64,000 nucleotides of DNA from an uncultured Chloroflexia bacterium (lineage in GTDB: Bacteria > Chloroflexota > Limnocylindria > Limnocylindrales > CSP1-4): assembly GCA_963837215.1 (NCBI GenBank), contig CAWIML010000007.1, positions 459,284 through 523,283 of the forward strand. The letters are read 5' to 3'. The notes beneath the pieces are model-generated. The model did not search any database, had not been told where the DNA came from, and was given only the letters and a program-made list of their open reading frames with translations. The position numbers and the translations under genes were made by a program. Shown here piece after piece: positions 28,501-38,603 of the stretch (position 1 is the stretch's first letter; the number at the start of each line of letters is the position of its first letter).

Positions 28501-29148
28501 CACGGTCGACGGTGGGGCCACGCTCTGGAGGCGGCTGGCCGTGTTGACCATGTCGCCCGCGACCATGCCCTGATTCGTGGCGCCCAGCGTGACCGCCGCT
28601 TCACCGGTCAGGATGCCGGCCCGGATCTCGACGCCCGGGCCGAGGCTGCGGACGGCGTCGACGAGGTCGAGGGCGGCTCGCACCGATCGCTCAGCGTCGT
28701 CCTCACGGGCGATCGGGGCGCCCCAGACCGCCATCACGGCATCGCCGATGAATTTCTCGATGGTGCCGCCGTAGCGGGCGATGATCTCGCTGACCGTCTC
28801 GAAATAGCGCGACTGGAGCTCCCGGACCTCCTCCGCATCGCGGTCTGCTGAGAAAGCGGTGAAGCCGACCAGGTCGGCGAAGAGCACGCTCACCATCCGG
28901 CGCTCGGCGACGGCCTCGGGGCCGGCCTCGAGAGGCGATGCGGCGGCCGCTCCGGCGCTGGCGGCCGCTGGGGCCGCGACGGCTCGTATGCCTGCGCTCG
29001 GCATCGGTGTCGCGCACTCGGAGCAGAACTTCGCTGCCGGCAGGTTGGTCGCACCGCAGTTCGAGCAGGTCGTCGCGAACGGGGTTGCGCATTCCATGCA
29101 GAACCTCGCGCCGGCGAGGTTCTCGGTGCCGCAGTTCGCGCAGATCAC
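25551..29148 (-). pseudogene. Double zinc ribbon / class III nucleotidyl cyclase / STAND (AAA_16-type) ATPase / TPR-like giant protein; one frame interruption as assembled
   Basis: N part is ORF 27217..29148: CANCGTEN...CMEC...CSNCG...CSEC, then VSVLFADLVGFTAF...EKFIGDAVMAVWGAP...GDMVNTASRLQS, Walker A GPAGIGKS and Walker B VMVFEDLHHAD. C part is ORF 25551..27692 (ADGVPLYAVETVRML followed by long helical repeats). Junction about 27640. About 1198 aa in total. Confidence 0.85.
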
Positions 29149-29426
29149 GCCGGTCTCGTCTCCATGCCGCTCATCCGATGGGCACTGAGGATAGCGGAGC
29201 GGTCGCCCCCGACCGAAAGGCCACGGTGACCTCGCGGATCGTCGACCAGACGACGGATGGCGGTCGCTCGATCAGCCGTCGGGATGGGCGCCCAAAGTCC
29301 ACCGGACCGCACAGTGGTCCACCGTACCAGACGCCCGCGGGACCTTCGTCCGGGTGGTCGGACGGGCACCTGACACCTACCGTCTGGTGCACGGCGACAA
29401 CGGCTTCGCCGCATCGGAGGTGCCTG

Positions 29427-32400
29427 TTGTCGTTGCGTCGGATCGTCATCGCCGCCGTCCTCGCCGTCGGCCTGCTGCCTATGCCGGCGGCGCATGCGGC
29501 TGACCAGGCGGGGCCGTCGGCGCGATCCGGGTCATCCATTCGAACGTCCGTCCACTACCAGGATGCGCAGCGACACGCGAATGAGCGCATCCGCTTCAAG
29601 CCAGGCGGCCGGGTGACCGTGCCATTCAAGCCGCGAGCCTGGTGACGACTGGACGGTCGACGGTCGTGCGCCGAAGGCCCTGCCATCTGGCGCCTTGTCC
29701 GGCGTCCAGATCGCCGCATCAGGCACCGATCCCGATGCGCCGTCCGAGGCCGACCCGTCCAATCAGTCGCCTGCCGTCCCGGAGGACCCGGCGGTTGAAC
29801 CGGCGCCGACGTCGACCATGGATCCCGGATCGGCACCGGCCGGCCGGCCCGGTCTCGATGGCCCCGAGGCCTGGATGTCGGATCGGATCCTGGCGGCTCC
29901 CGTCAGCAGCGGCGGCCTGCGGCGCGAGGTCTTCGGCTTCCTGCCCTACTGGGAGCTGACCGACGCCTCCACCCGGCTCGATCACAGCGTCCTGTCCACG
30001 ATCGCCTACTTCGGCGTCGGTGCGGACAAGGAAGGCCACCTGATCAGGAAGCGCGCCGATGGGACACGCGATGTGGGCTGGGCCGGATGGACCAGCTCGG
30101 CCCTGACCGGCGTGATCAACGAAGCCCACGCAAAGCGGACCCGCGTCGTCCTGACCGTCCAGCGGTTCGCCTGGACGAGCAGTCAAGTCGCCGCCACCAA
30201 GGCGCTGCTCGGCAGCGCGGACGCACGCAAGACGCTGGCCGGTGAGATCGCCAAGGCCGTCGCCGATCGCGGTGCGGATGGCGTCAACCTTGACTTCGAG
30301 CCGATCCCCAGCGGCTACGGTGACGAGTACGTGACCTTCGTGCGCTTGGTGCGAAAGGCGCTCGATGCTCGAGCTGCGGGCTACCAGCTGACCTTCGACA
30401 CGACCGGCAGCATCGGCGCCTACGACATCGCCGCCCTGACCGCGTCCGGGGCGGCCGATGCCGTCTTCATCATGGGCTACGACTACCGGACCTCCGGCTC
30501 CTCCACCGCCGGCTCCATCTCCCCACTCGCAGGTCCTCGCTATGACCTGACCGACACGGTCGACGCCTACCTCGCCCGGATCGGTCCCGGCAAGATCATC
30601 CTGGGCGTGCCCTACTACGGCCGCGCCTGGTCGACGACCAGCGGTGCGCTCAACGCCCCGACGCGGAAGGGCTCGGCGACGACGGGCTACTCGACGAGTG
30701 TTCTCTACGCGACGGCCATCCAGACCGCGGCCAAGTACGACCGACAATGGGACGCGACCGAGGCGGCGCCCTGGACGGCCTACAAGTGGAAGGCATGTTC
30801 GGACTGCCCGACCACCTGGCGACAGCTCTACTACGACGACGTCAAGAGTCTCGGCATGAAGTACGACCTGATCAACGCCCGCGGCCTGCGCGGCGCTGGC
30901 ATCTGGGCCCTCGGCTACGACGACTCGCGCCCCGAGCTGTACGCCTTGCTCAAGGCCAAGTTCCGTGAGGACAGCACGGCCCCGATGGCGGGCATCCTTC
31001 TCTTGCCCTCGACGACGCGCGATGCGACCGTGCGGGTGCGCTGGACCGGCCGCGACGACACAGCCATCGAGCGCTATGACGTCCAGGTCTCGGTCGACGG
31101 TGGGTCGTGGTCGACCTGGTTGGACGACACGACCCGCACGTCGGGGACGTACGCCGGCGGGGATGGCCACGGTTATGCCTTCCGTGTCCGGGCTCGCGAC
31201 AAGAAGGGCCACTGGGGAGACTGGAACGTCGGTGACGCCTGGCGGGCGCGGGTCGCATCGCTCAGGAGAGGCTCGTTCGTCCGGGTGACCGCCCCATCGC
31301 TGACCATGCGCGCGTCACCCGACACCTCGGCCCGCTCGGTCGGCAAGGTGGCAGAGGGCGCCCGGCTGCGGATCGTGGGTGGCCCGCGTTCGAGGGACGG
31401 CTACACCTGGCATCAGGTCGTCGGGCCGCTCAAGGAATGGGGGCCGGTGGCGACCTCGACGCGCTCCGGCGCGTGGGTCGCGACCAGGTCCGGGTCCGGC
31501 GTTCGCGTCAAGGTCGTGCCGGCTCCGAACACGACCACGCTCGACGTCCTGGTGGACGATCTGGCCATCGGCGCCGTGGACGCCATCAAGGCCACCAAGG
31601 CGACATCGGCGGGCTTGCCCTCGAGGCTGCCGGCTGCCTTCTCGCCCAGTGGGGACAGGGTCCGCGACGGCCTGCGGATCGCGTATCGCCTCGATGCTGC
31701 GCTCGACTCGCTGAAGCTCCGGATCCTGCGGGAGGCCGACGGCTCGTCAGTCGGCATTCGAGCGCTGCCAGGACGCGCCCGGGGTAAGCATGTCTTCGAC
31801 TGGGACGGCAAGCTCGCCGGCAGGCGACTGCCCGATGGCGCCTATCTCGTGCAGCTCGTCGGCAAGCGCGGGTCGACGTCGGCCAGCGCCCCAGCCATCT
31901 CGATGACCGACCCGACCTTCGATGTTGCCGCATGGACCGCGACCATCGACACCAGCGCACCGATCGTTCCGGCGCTGGCTGCCAGTCCGCCGGCCATCTC
32001 GCCGGACGGCGATGGCCGCCAGGACGCGACGAACGTCAAGGCGACGGCCGGGCCCGGAGCGACCGCCTGGACGCTTCGCATCCTGGCCGACGACGGCGAC
32101 CTGGTGCGGACGTTCCAGGGTCGCGGCCGCGAGATCAAGGCGACCTGGGATGGCAGGACGGCCGGCGGCGTTCGTGTGCCGAACGGCAGATATCGGGCCG
32201 AGGTCCGCGTGGATGATGCCCTGGGCAACACCGCCACTGTCAGCGCGCCGATCGTCGTCGACACCGCCGCACCGACCGGCGCCGTCGGGCCGGCAGTCCC
32301 GGGCGTCGTCGACGGCGCCACCACGTACGCGTTCTCGCCCGACGGCGATCGGTGGCAGGACGCGGTCGCGTTGCGGGTCACGGCGGACGAGCCCGTCAAG

Positions 32401-33191
32401 GCCGACCTTCTCCGTGCGCAACGCAGCCGGCAAGCTCCTCTGGTCAGGCAGCGCACCGATGGGCGCGACGCCAGGCGTCACATGGAAGGGCCGTGACCGG
32501 TCCGGTAGGCCGCTCAAGGATGGCACCTACCGCGTCGTGGCCAGGTTGACCGACCGGGCCGGCAATCGCGCCACGTTGGCCGGCAAGGTGCGCATCGACC
32601 GGACGGCGGGCTTCCTGCGCTCGTCGCCAGGAACCTTCTTCCCGCAGGACGGCGACACGCTCGCACGCGCGACGACGGTGACCTTCAAGCTGCGCGGCAG
32701 GGCGACGACCACGCTGCGGGTGCTCGACGGCAGCGGGGCGGTCGTGCGCACGGCCTGGAAGAGCCGTTCGCGATCCGCTGGCTCGACCGCCTGGAGATGG
32801 GACGGGCGCGACGCCCGCGGCGTCATGCTGCCGCGCGGCAGCTATCGGGTCGAGCTGATCGCCACGGCCGGCGGCGTCACCCAGGTCGTGCGACGCGGCG
32901 TGACCATGGACCCGTTCGCCATCACCCCATCGTCGACCGCGCCCGCGCCGGGCGGCCGGCTGAGCCTCGTGATCCGTTCGACGGAGCCGCTCCGATCCGC
33001 CCCCAGGGTGACGCTCGCCCAGGCTGGCGCGACCCCGCGCACGGTCACAGCCAAGCGGCTGAGCGATGGTCGACTTTCGAGTCTCGTTCGAGCTCGTCGC
33101 CGGCCTGACCGGGACGGCCACGGTCTCGGTCAAGGCCACGGACGCAGGGCGGGGAACGAACGCCGCGACCCTCAGGCTCACGGTCAGGTAG
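29427..33191 (+). pseudogene. Secreted GH18 (chitinase-like) glycoside hydrolase with SH3-like and FlgD-Ig-like C-terminal array; three frame interruptions as assembled
   Basis: GGAGG at 29416-29420, then TTG 29427 and a signal peptide (LSLRRIVIAAVLAVGLLPMPAAHAADQ). GH18 catalytic motif ADGVNLDFEP, plus YDYRT and VPYYGR. Repeats match those of 20601..23006. Frames run 3->1 (about 29640), 1->2 (about 32407) and 2->3 (about 33065). The tail ...VSFELVAGLTGTATVSVKATDAGRGTNAATLRLTVR ends at TAG 33189-33191. Confidence 0.75.
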
Positions 33192-33281
33192 CAGATATCC
33201 TGTGGCCGTGACCGCGCCGCGGGCAGATCCAATGGGCTCCGTGAACAGGCCTGCATCCCGACCGGCGAATGGGTCCGGCCG

Positions 33282-34559
33282 ATGACCGCGCCCGACCCGC
33301 GACCCGGATCGCCATCGGAGCTCGCCGGCACCCGGGTGGTCATCGACCTCCGACCGCTCCAGGAGCCGGAACGCACGCCGATCACGGCCAGCTACCTGGA
33401 GCGGCTGCTGTCCGCCTATGCCGCGGACCCCCTGCCGGGCGAGTCGTTCGTCGTCCTCCTGAGGACGATGCGCGATGACCCGGCCGATCGCTTCGAGCCG
33501 CTCGGCCTGGCCGTGGCCGGACGACGTCGTCTGCCACCGACGGCTCGGCTCCTCCGCTCCGGGGGTCTGACCATCGATTCGTTCCTGCTGCGCGGCGCCG
33601 AGATCGGCACCGGTTGGGGGGCGGCAGAGGACGGGGCGACCGGCGCCGTCTATCACACGGCCGGCGGGGCGGTGCCGCTCGGGTCACGCCTGCCGATCGT
33701 GGCCACGCTCCTCGACCTGGCGCCGTGGGAGCTGCCGGAGACCTACGCACGGAGCGCGGCGGCACGCTTCGGGCACCGACTTCGGGCGCGCGTCCTTCGC
33801 GATGCCGCCCGATTGATCGTCTGCTCGCCCGCCGTGGCCGCGTCGGCCAGGCGCACCATCCATATCCGGCCCGAGCGGATCGCCGTCGTGCCGCTTGCGG
33901 TGGACGACGCCTTCGCACCGGCGGCGGCCGAGCCGCAGCGTGTCACCGATCTGCGCGCCCGGCTCGAGCTCCCGGACCGGTACCTCGTCTTCTCCGGCCG
34001 CTACGACGCCCGCAAGGACCTGGGCAGCCTCTTCTCCGCTCTGTCGGGGTTGCGCGCAGAGGCTCCCCCACGCGGTGGTGGCGCATGGCCACCGATCCTG
34101 GTGCTCGCCGGGGCCGCCGCCACGACCGCCTCGGACGTGGCGGCCATGGGCCGGGCCGCGGAGCGCTTCGGGGTCCCGGACCTCGTCCATCTGACACCAC
34201 GGCTGGACCCGGACGAACTCGCCACGCTCGAGGCCGGTGCCACGGGCTTCGTCTTCCCGAGCCTCAGCGAGGGCACCGGCCTGGCGGTCATGGAGGCGCT
34301 CGCAATGGGGGTTCCCGTCGTCGCCTCTCGCACAGGCCCGCTGCCGGAGATCGTGGCCAAAGCCGGCATCATCGTCGAGCCTCGCGACCCGGCTCGGCTG
34401 GCGGCCGCGATGCGCGCTATCTGGGTCGAGGGGGCCGTGCGCAGCCAGCTCGTCCGTCAGGCCAGCCATCGAGCGGCCGGTCCCCGTCGCACCTGGCTCG
34501 ACGTGGCCCGCGAGACACGCGCCGTGTATGCGGAGGCCGTCCTGACCGGTCCGACCTGA
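33282..34559 (+). CDS. GT4-family (GT-B) glycosyltransferase
   Basis: 425-aa intact ORF with the C-terminal signature FVFPSLSEGTGLAVMEALAMGVPVVASRTGPLPEIV. Confidence 0.85.
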   Translation: MTAPDPRPGSPSELAGTRVVIDLRPLQEPERTPITASYLERLLSAYAADPLPGESFVVLLRTMRDDPADRFEPLGLAVAGRRRLPPTARLLRSGGLTIDSFLLRGAEIGTGWGAAEDGATGAVYHTAGGAVPLGSRLPIVATLLDLAPWELPETYARSAAARFGHRLRARVLRDAARLIVCSPAVAASARRTIHIRPERIAVVPLAVDDAFAPAAAEPQRVTDLRARLELPDRYLVFSGRYDARKDLGSLFSALSGLRAEAPPRGGGAWPPILVLAGAAATTASDVAAMGRAAERFGVPDLVHLTPRLDPDELATLEAGATGFVFPSLSEGTGLAVMEALAMGVPVVASRTGPLPEIVAKAGIIVEPRDPARLAAAMRAIWVEGAVRSQLVRQASHRAAGPRRTWLDVARETRAVYAEAVLTGPT

Positions 34560-34565
34560 GCCCGG

Positions 34566-35801
34566 TTACAGCGCCCCTTCGGGGATCGGCGGCGGGATCA
34601 GCATGGTCGGAGGCGGGGCCGGCTTACCCAGTTTCCAGGTCACGTCGGTCGACTTGGGCACGACCTGGATGGCGATCTGACCGCGCACGAGCGGCACGGG
34701 CTTGCCCTTGGACGGGCCGCCGGCAAACAGGAAGCGCGTGGGGGCCAGCTCGGTCTTCTTCGACCACGTGGCCTTGATGACCTTCCCGTCACGGAAGACG
34801 AGCGCCTTGCCACTGCCGATGTAGTCGATGTCGATGCGGTGTTTCTTCTCGTTCTGGCGAGAGAACCTGTCATTGCGCAACGGCGCCGTGCCCATGTACA
34901 GCACGACCACGTTGACCGGCGCGACGACCTTCCGGGTCGTCCCGTCGCGCTGCGTCTTGGCGCCGGATACACCCCTGAGGTATCGGTTGGTCTCGCGGTC
35001 GTAGCGGTACGTGATGCGGTTGGCTCGGTACGGCACCACGATCGAGCCGCCCACGGGCCGCTCGGCGATGTCCGCCGGTTCCTTGAAGGTCCAGGCTGCC
35101 TTGGTGATGGGTGCCGTGGCGCCCAGTCGTCGCCCGAGTGCTCGTAGCTTCTTGCCCGTCGAGTAGACGTTATGGGGGGCGAAGCGCTCGCGGATCCGAT
35201 AGAGCGTATTGCTGTAGCGGAACTGGTCGGCATCCCAGAGGGTGCGGCCGTTGGCCGCTCGAACGGCGGCGAGGGCGTTCGGGGCCCCGCCGGCATGGGC
35301 GTACAGCGCGCGCCACTCCTTCGCCCAGCCGACGTAATAGCGGCGCGCGCTGCGGACTGGTCCGATGGCCCGGGGATCGCCGACCTGGAAGACGGCCATG
35401 TAGCGCGGGATGCCGCCTTCAGCCAGGGCCTGATAGAAGATGTCGGCCTCGGCAAGCCCGGACTGTGGACGGGCGGCCGCTGCGTCGTCGATCATGACCG
35501 CGATCGGGTGACGCGTGGCCACGTCGGCCTGGTCGGCCGGGAGCCAGGTGCCATTGATGACCGCCGCGACCGGCGTCGGGGTCGGCACCGGAGTCGGCAC
35601 CGGGGTCGGACTTGGCGTCGGGCGGAGCGTCGGCGTTGCGGCCGGCGTAGGCGCCGCAGTCGGTCCTGGCGTCGACAGGCCCGTGGACGGCTCGCTCGGC
35701 GAGGCCGTGCAGGCAGCTGCCACGAACAGCAGCGCAGCTACCGTGAGCCGGCCGAATGAGGCGGAGGTGAGCTGCCGGGCGGCCCGGCGATCAAAGGACA
35801 T
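34566..35801 (-). CDS. DUF3048-domain lipoprotein
   Basis: Lipobox-like AAACTAS, a Pro/Thr linker, then HPIAVMIDDAAAARPQSGLAEADIFYQALAEGGIPRYMAVF, which is typical of DUF3048 (YerB-like). Confidence 0.8.
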   Translation of the reverse strand: MSFDRRAARQLTSASFGRLTVAALLFVAAACTASPSEPSTGLSTPGPTAAPTPAATPTLRPTPSPTPVPTPVPTPTPVAAVINGTWLPADQADVATRHPIAVMIDDAAAARPQSGLAEADIFYQALAEGGIPRYMAVFQVGDPRAIGPVRSARRYYVGWAKEWRALYAHAGGAPNALAAVRAANGRTLWDADQFRYSNTLYRIRERFAPHNVYSTGKKLRALGRRLGATAPITKAAWTFKEPADIAERPVGGSIVVPYRANRITYRYDRETNRYLRGVSGAKTQRDGTTRKVVAPVNVVVLYMGTAPLRNDRFSRQNEKKHRIDIDYIGSGKALVFRDGKVIKATWSKKTELAPTRFLFAGGPSKGKPVPLVRGQIAIQVVPKSTDVTWKLGKPAPPPTMLIPPPIPEGAL

Positions 35802-35966
35802 GGCGCGCGGGATGGTAGCAGCCGTTCGCCGATCTGGCGCCGGCTGATGCCGGCAGATGGCGCTCGACGCGATCCGGTCGACGGGACGCTTCCACCCATC
35901 GGCCGACGATGCCGTCTCGCCGCGTTACCCTTACCACCGACGCGCACGCCGCGAAAGGAACCTGAG

Positions 35967-36716
35967 ATGAGCAAACCCAAGGGCCCAGACGGCGCGGACC
36001 CGATGGCCGCGGCCGAGGGACAGGCCGCGGTCGAAGCCATCGCCGAGACGGAGGGCCAGACCACCACCACGGACGCAAAGCCGCGCCGACGCAAGCCGAA
36101 AGCCGTCGAGAACGCCGCGGGAGCCGAGTCGCCCGCCAGCACCGACGCGTCGATCGCAGCTGCCGGCACGCAAGCCGACGCGATCGCGGCCGCCGGCAGC
36201 GACCTGGTGCCGGTCATGGCACCCGAAGAGACCGTCCGTGCCGAGTCGGTCACGATCACGCAGGGTGGCGCCAGCCATGTCGAGGCCGGCACCCTGAGCG
36301 TCACGCAGGGCGGCGTCGGGGATGCCCGGGCAGACCGGATCGAGGTCCGCCAGGGCGGTGTCGGGCGCGCCGAGGTCGATGAACTCGTGGTCACGCAGGG
36401 CGGCGTCGGGATCGTCCGCGCGGAGCATGCATCGATCAGCCAGGGTGGCGTTGGCGCTGTCATCGGCGATCGCATCGACCTCCACCAGAGCGCGGCCCGA
36501 CTGGTCATCGCGCGCGGGTCGGTCCGGATCCAGCAGGCCCTGGCGCAAACGGTCATGGCGCGCGACGTCGAGATCGGCGAACGCGGCTTCGCCGGCCTCG
36601 TCCTCGCCCGGACGGTCACGGGCCAGGGCCGGATCCTGTTCGACTGGCGGGCCGGCCTGGCCCTCGGCGCCGCCTTCGGGCTCGTCTGGGGGCTGCTCCG
36701 CGGTCTGCGCCGCTAG
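35967..36716 (+). CDS. Tail-anchored protein with nine 15-residue repeats (predicted beta-helix), function unknown
   Basis: AAAGGAA lies upstream of ATG 35967 (internal to track ORF 35847..). Residues 92-226 form repeats such as AGTLSVTQGGVGDAR / ADRIEVRQGGVGRAE / VDELVVTQGGVGIVR. C-terminal TM WRAGLALGAAFGLVWGLL. Confidence 0.55.
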   Translation: MSKPKGPDGADPMAAAEGQAAVEAIAETEGQTTTTDAKPRRRKPKAVENAAGAESPASTDASIAAAGTQADAIAAAGSDLVPVMAPEETVRAESVTITQGGASHVEAGTLSVTQGGVGDARADRIEVRQGGVGRAEVDELVVTQGGVGIVRAEHASISQGGVGAVIGDRIDLHQSAARLVIARGSVRIQQALAQTVMARDVEIGERGFAGLVLARTVTGQGRILFDWRAGLALGAAFGLVWGLLRGLRR

Positions 36717-36735
36717 GCTCGCCCCACGTCGAAGC

Positions 36736-37581
36736 TCAGCCTCGTCGACGCCGGCCGGCCGGCCGTTCCCTGAGGGTCAGCACGCCCGCCGCCTCCTTCT
36801 CCGCCTTGCGCCGCTCGGAGTGCTCCTGGTGGATCTCGACGACCTCGCCCGGCTCGCCCTCGGCGATGATGCGCCCGTGCTCGAGCAGGATGGCCCGATT
36901 GCAGTATTCGGTCACCCAGGACATGTCATGGGTGACCAGGACGATGGCACGCGCCTGTCTGACGAGCTCGAGTACGCGCGCCTTTGACTTGACGCGGAAG
37001 TCGGCGTCACCGGTGGCCAGGACCTCGTCGAGCAACAGGATGTCCGGTTCGACGGAGGTGGCGATCGAGAAGCCCAGACGCGCCCGCATGCCCGACGAAT
37101 AGGTCCTGAGGGGTACGTCGATGAAGGGCCCAAGGTCGGCGTATTCGACGATGCCCGGCAGGCGGTCCTCGACTTCGGCCTCGGGCAGCCCCAGGAACGC
37201 ACCGGCCAGCCGGATGTTGTCGGTGCCGCTGAGGTCGGCGTCGAAGCCTGCGCCGAGCGTGAGCAGGCTCGAGACATGTCCGGCGACCTCGACCACGCCG
37301 GTCGAGGGGACGATGATGCCCGCCAGCACCTGGAGCAGCGTGCTCTTGCCCGCGCCGTTCGGTCCGATGACGGCCAGGGATTCCCCCTGCACGACCCGGA
37401 ACGAGGCCTCGCGCAGCGCCCAGAACGCGGATTCGCCGCTGCGCGGGCGGAAGAGGTTGGTAAAGCTCGTGCGCATCCTCGTCTTGCGCGTGAAGCGCAG
37501 GCTGTAGCGGACGCCAAGGTCCCGCGCGTCGATGGCGATCGGGCCTCCTCGGTGCCCCTCGTCGACCTGCTCGATGGTCAT
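36736..37581 (-). CDS. Polysaccharide ABC exporter ATP-binding protein (Wzt/TagH type, no C-terminal carbohydrate-binding domain)
   Basis: Walker A GPNGAGKST, signature YSSGMRARL and Walker B ILLLDEVLA. ATG 37581 overlaps the permease stop (ATGA). The track ORF extends to 37635. Confidence 0.9.
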   Translation of the reverse strand: MTIEQVDEGHRGGPIAIDARDLGVRYSLRFTRKTRMRTSFTNLFRPRSGESAFWALREASFRVVQGESLAVIGPNGAGKSTLLQVLAGIIVPSTGVVEVAGHVSSLLTLGAGFDADLSGTDNIRLAGAFLGLPEAEVEDRLPGIVEYADLGPFIDVPLRTYSSGMRARLGFSIATSVEPDILLLDEVLATGDADFRVKSKARVLELVRQARAIVLVTHDMSWVTEYCNRAILLEHGRIIAEGEPGEVVEIHQEHSERRKAEKEAAGVLTLRERPAGRRRRG

Positions 37582-38447
37582 CAGAGCACCTTCGCGAAGG
37601 CCGGCTCGACGCGTTTGAAGTACCACGTCGCCCACACGAGGAGCAGGATCGAGACGCCGGACAGGATCAGCAGCGACATCCAGTCAGGGCTCTTGCCTTC
37701 ATAGATCACGTCACGGTAGGCCGTGAACAGGGTGGCGAACGGATTCAGCAACATGAGCGTGCCGACGATCGGATATTCCTTGGTCAGCTCGAGGACCAGA
37801 TCGATCCCATAGAGCCCGGGCGAGAGGTACCACCACAGGCGAAGGACGTGCCGCGCAAGGTTGCCGATGTCACGGTAGAAGACGTTCGATGACGAGACGG
37901 CGACGACCACCGGCAGCGTGAACAGGAGTTGGACGAAGGCCACGATCGGGATGGCGAGCAGCCAGATCGAGATCCGATGCGGGAAGAACAGCAGCAGCAG
38001 GCCCGCCAGGGGGATCAAGCCGAAGGCGAAATTGGCGATCCCGGACATGGCGGAGGCGACCGGCAACACGATCTTCGGGAACTGGATCTGCTTGATCAGT
38101 CGCTCCGACATGACGACCGACGTGACGCCGTCGTTGACCGCGGTGCTGAACCACTTCCAGGGCAGGAGGGCCGCGAAGATGAAGATCGGGTAGTCCGGCT
38201 GCTGCCGATCGAAGATGAGCGAGACCAGGACCACGTATACGACCATCTGGAGCAGCGGATCGACGATCCACCAGATGTTGCCGAGCAGCGTGTCGGCGCC
38301 CTTCTTCTTGAGATCGGACTGGACGAGATAGCGGATGAGCCGACGTCGCGAGATGACGTCCGTGATGCCCTCACGAATGAGTCCGATGGGCCCCGGTCGC
38401 ACGGCGGACGAGCGGAACGAGGCCGGCACCTCGGATGCGGACGTCAT
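37581..38447 (-). CDS. ABC-2 type polysaccharide exporter permease (Wzm/TagG type)
   Basis: 288 aa with six TM helices. Translationally coupled to the ATPase. Confidence 0.85.
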   Translation of the reverse strand: MTSASEVPASFRSSAVRPGPIGLIREGITDVISRRRLIRYLVQSDLKKKGADTLLGNIWWIVDPLLQMVVYVVLVSLIFDRQQPDYPIFIFAALLPWKWFSTAVNDGVTSVVMSERLIKQIQFPKIVLPVASAMSGIANFAFGLIPLAGLLLLFFPHRISIWLLAIPIVAFVQLLFTLPVVVAVSSSNVFYRDIGNLARHVLRLWWYLSPGLYGIDLVLELTKEYPIVGTLMLLNPFATLFTAYRDVIYEGKSPDWMSLLILSGVSILLLVWATWYFKRVEPAFAKVL

Positions 38448-38591
38448 GGAAACGGGAGCGTAACACGGCGACTCGACGGGTCGGCCGGTGCCCGGCCGGC
38501 CGGTCCGTCGATGGTCCCGTGAGCCCCTTGTAGGCGGCGCCGCCCGCGCGCCCTTGGCAGCCGGCGTGAGTCCGCGTTCATGGCGTTCGAC

Positions 38592-38597
38592 TATGCT
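38592..38597 (+). promoter_or_regulatory. -10-like hexamer TATGCT, 6 nt upstream of ATG 38604
   Basis: TATGCT-cccgcc-ATG, in the divergent Wzm/dehydrogenase spacer. Confidence 0.45.
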
Positions 38598-38603
38598 CCC
38601 GCC

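Noticed and set aside
35540-35660. Short periodic repeats (also at 19960..20060, 12290..12400 and 14040..14110) that could mimic a repeat array.
   Set aside because: They are in-frame Pro/Thr/Ser/Ala codon runs encoding low-complexity linkers within ORFs. There are no spacer-repeat units of CRISPR size and no cas genes.
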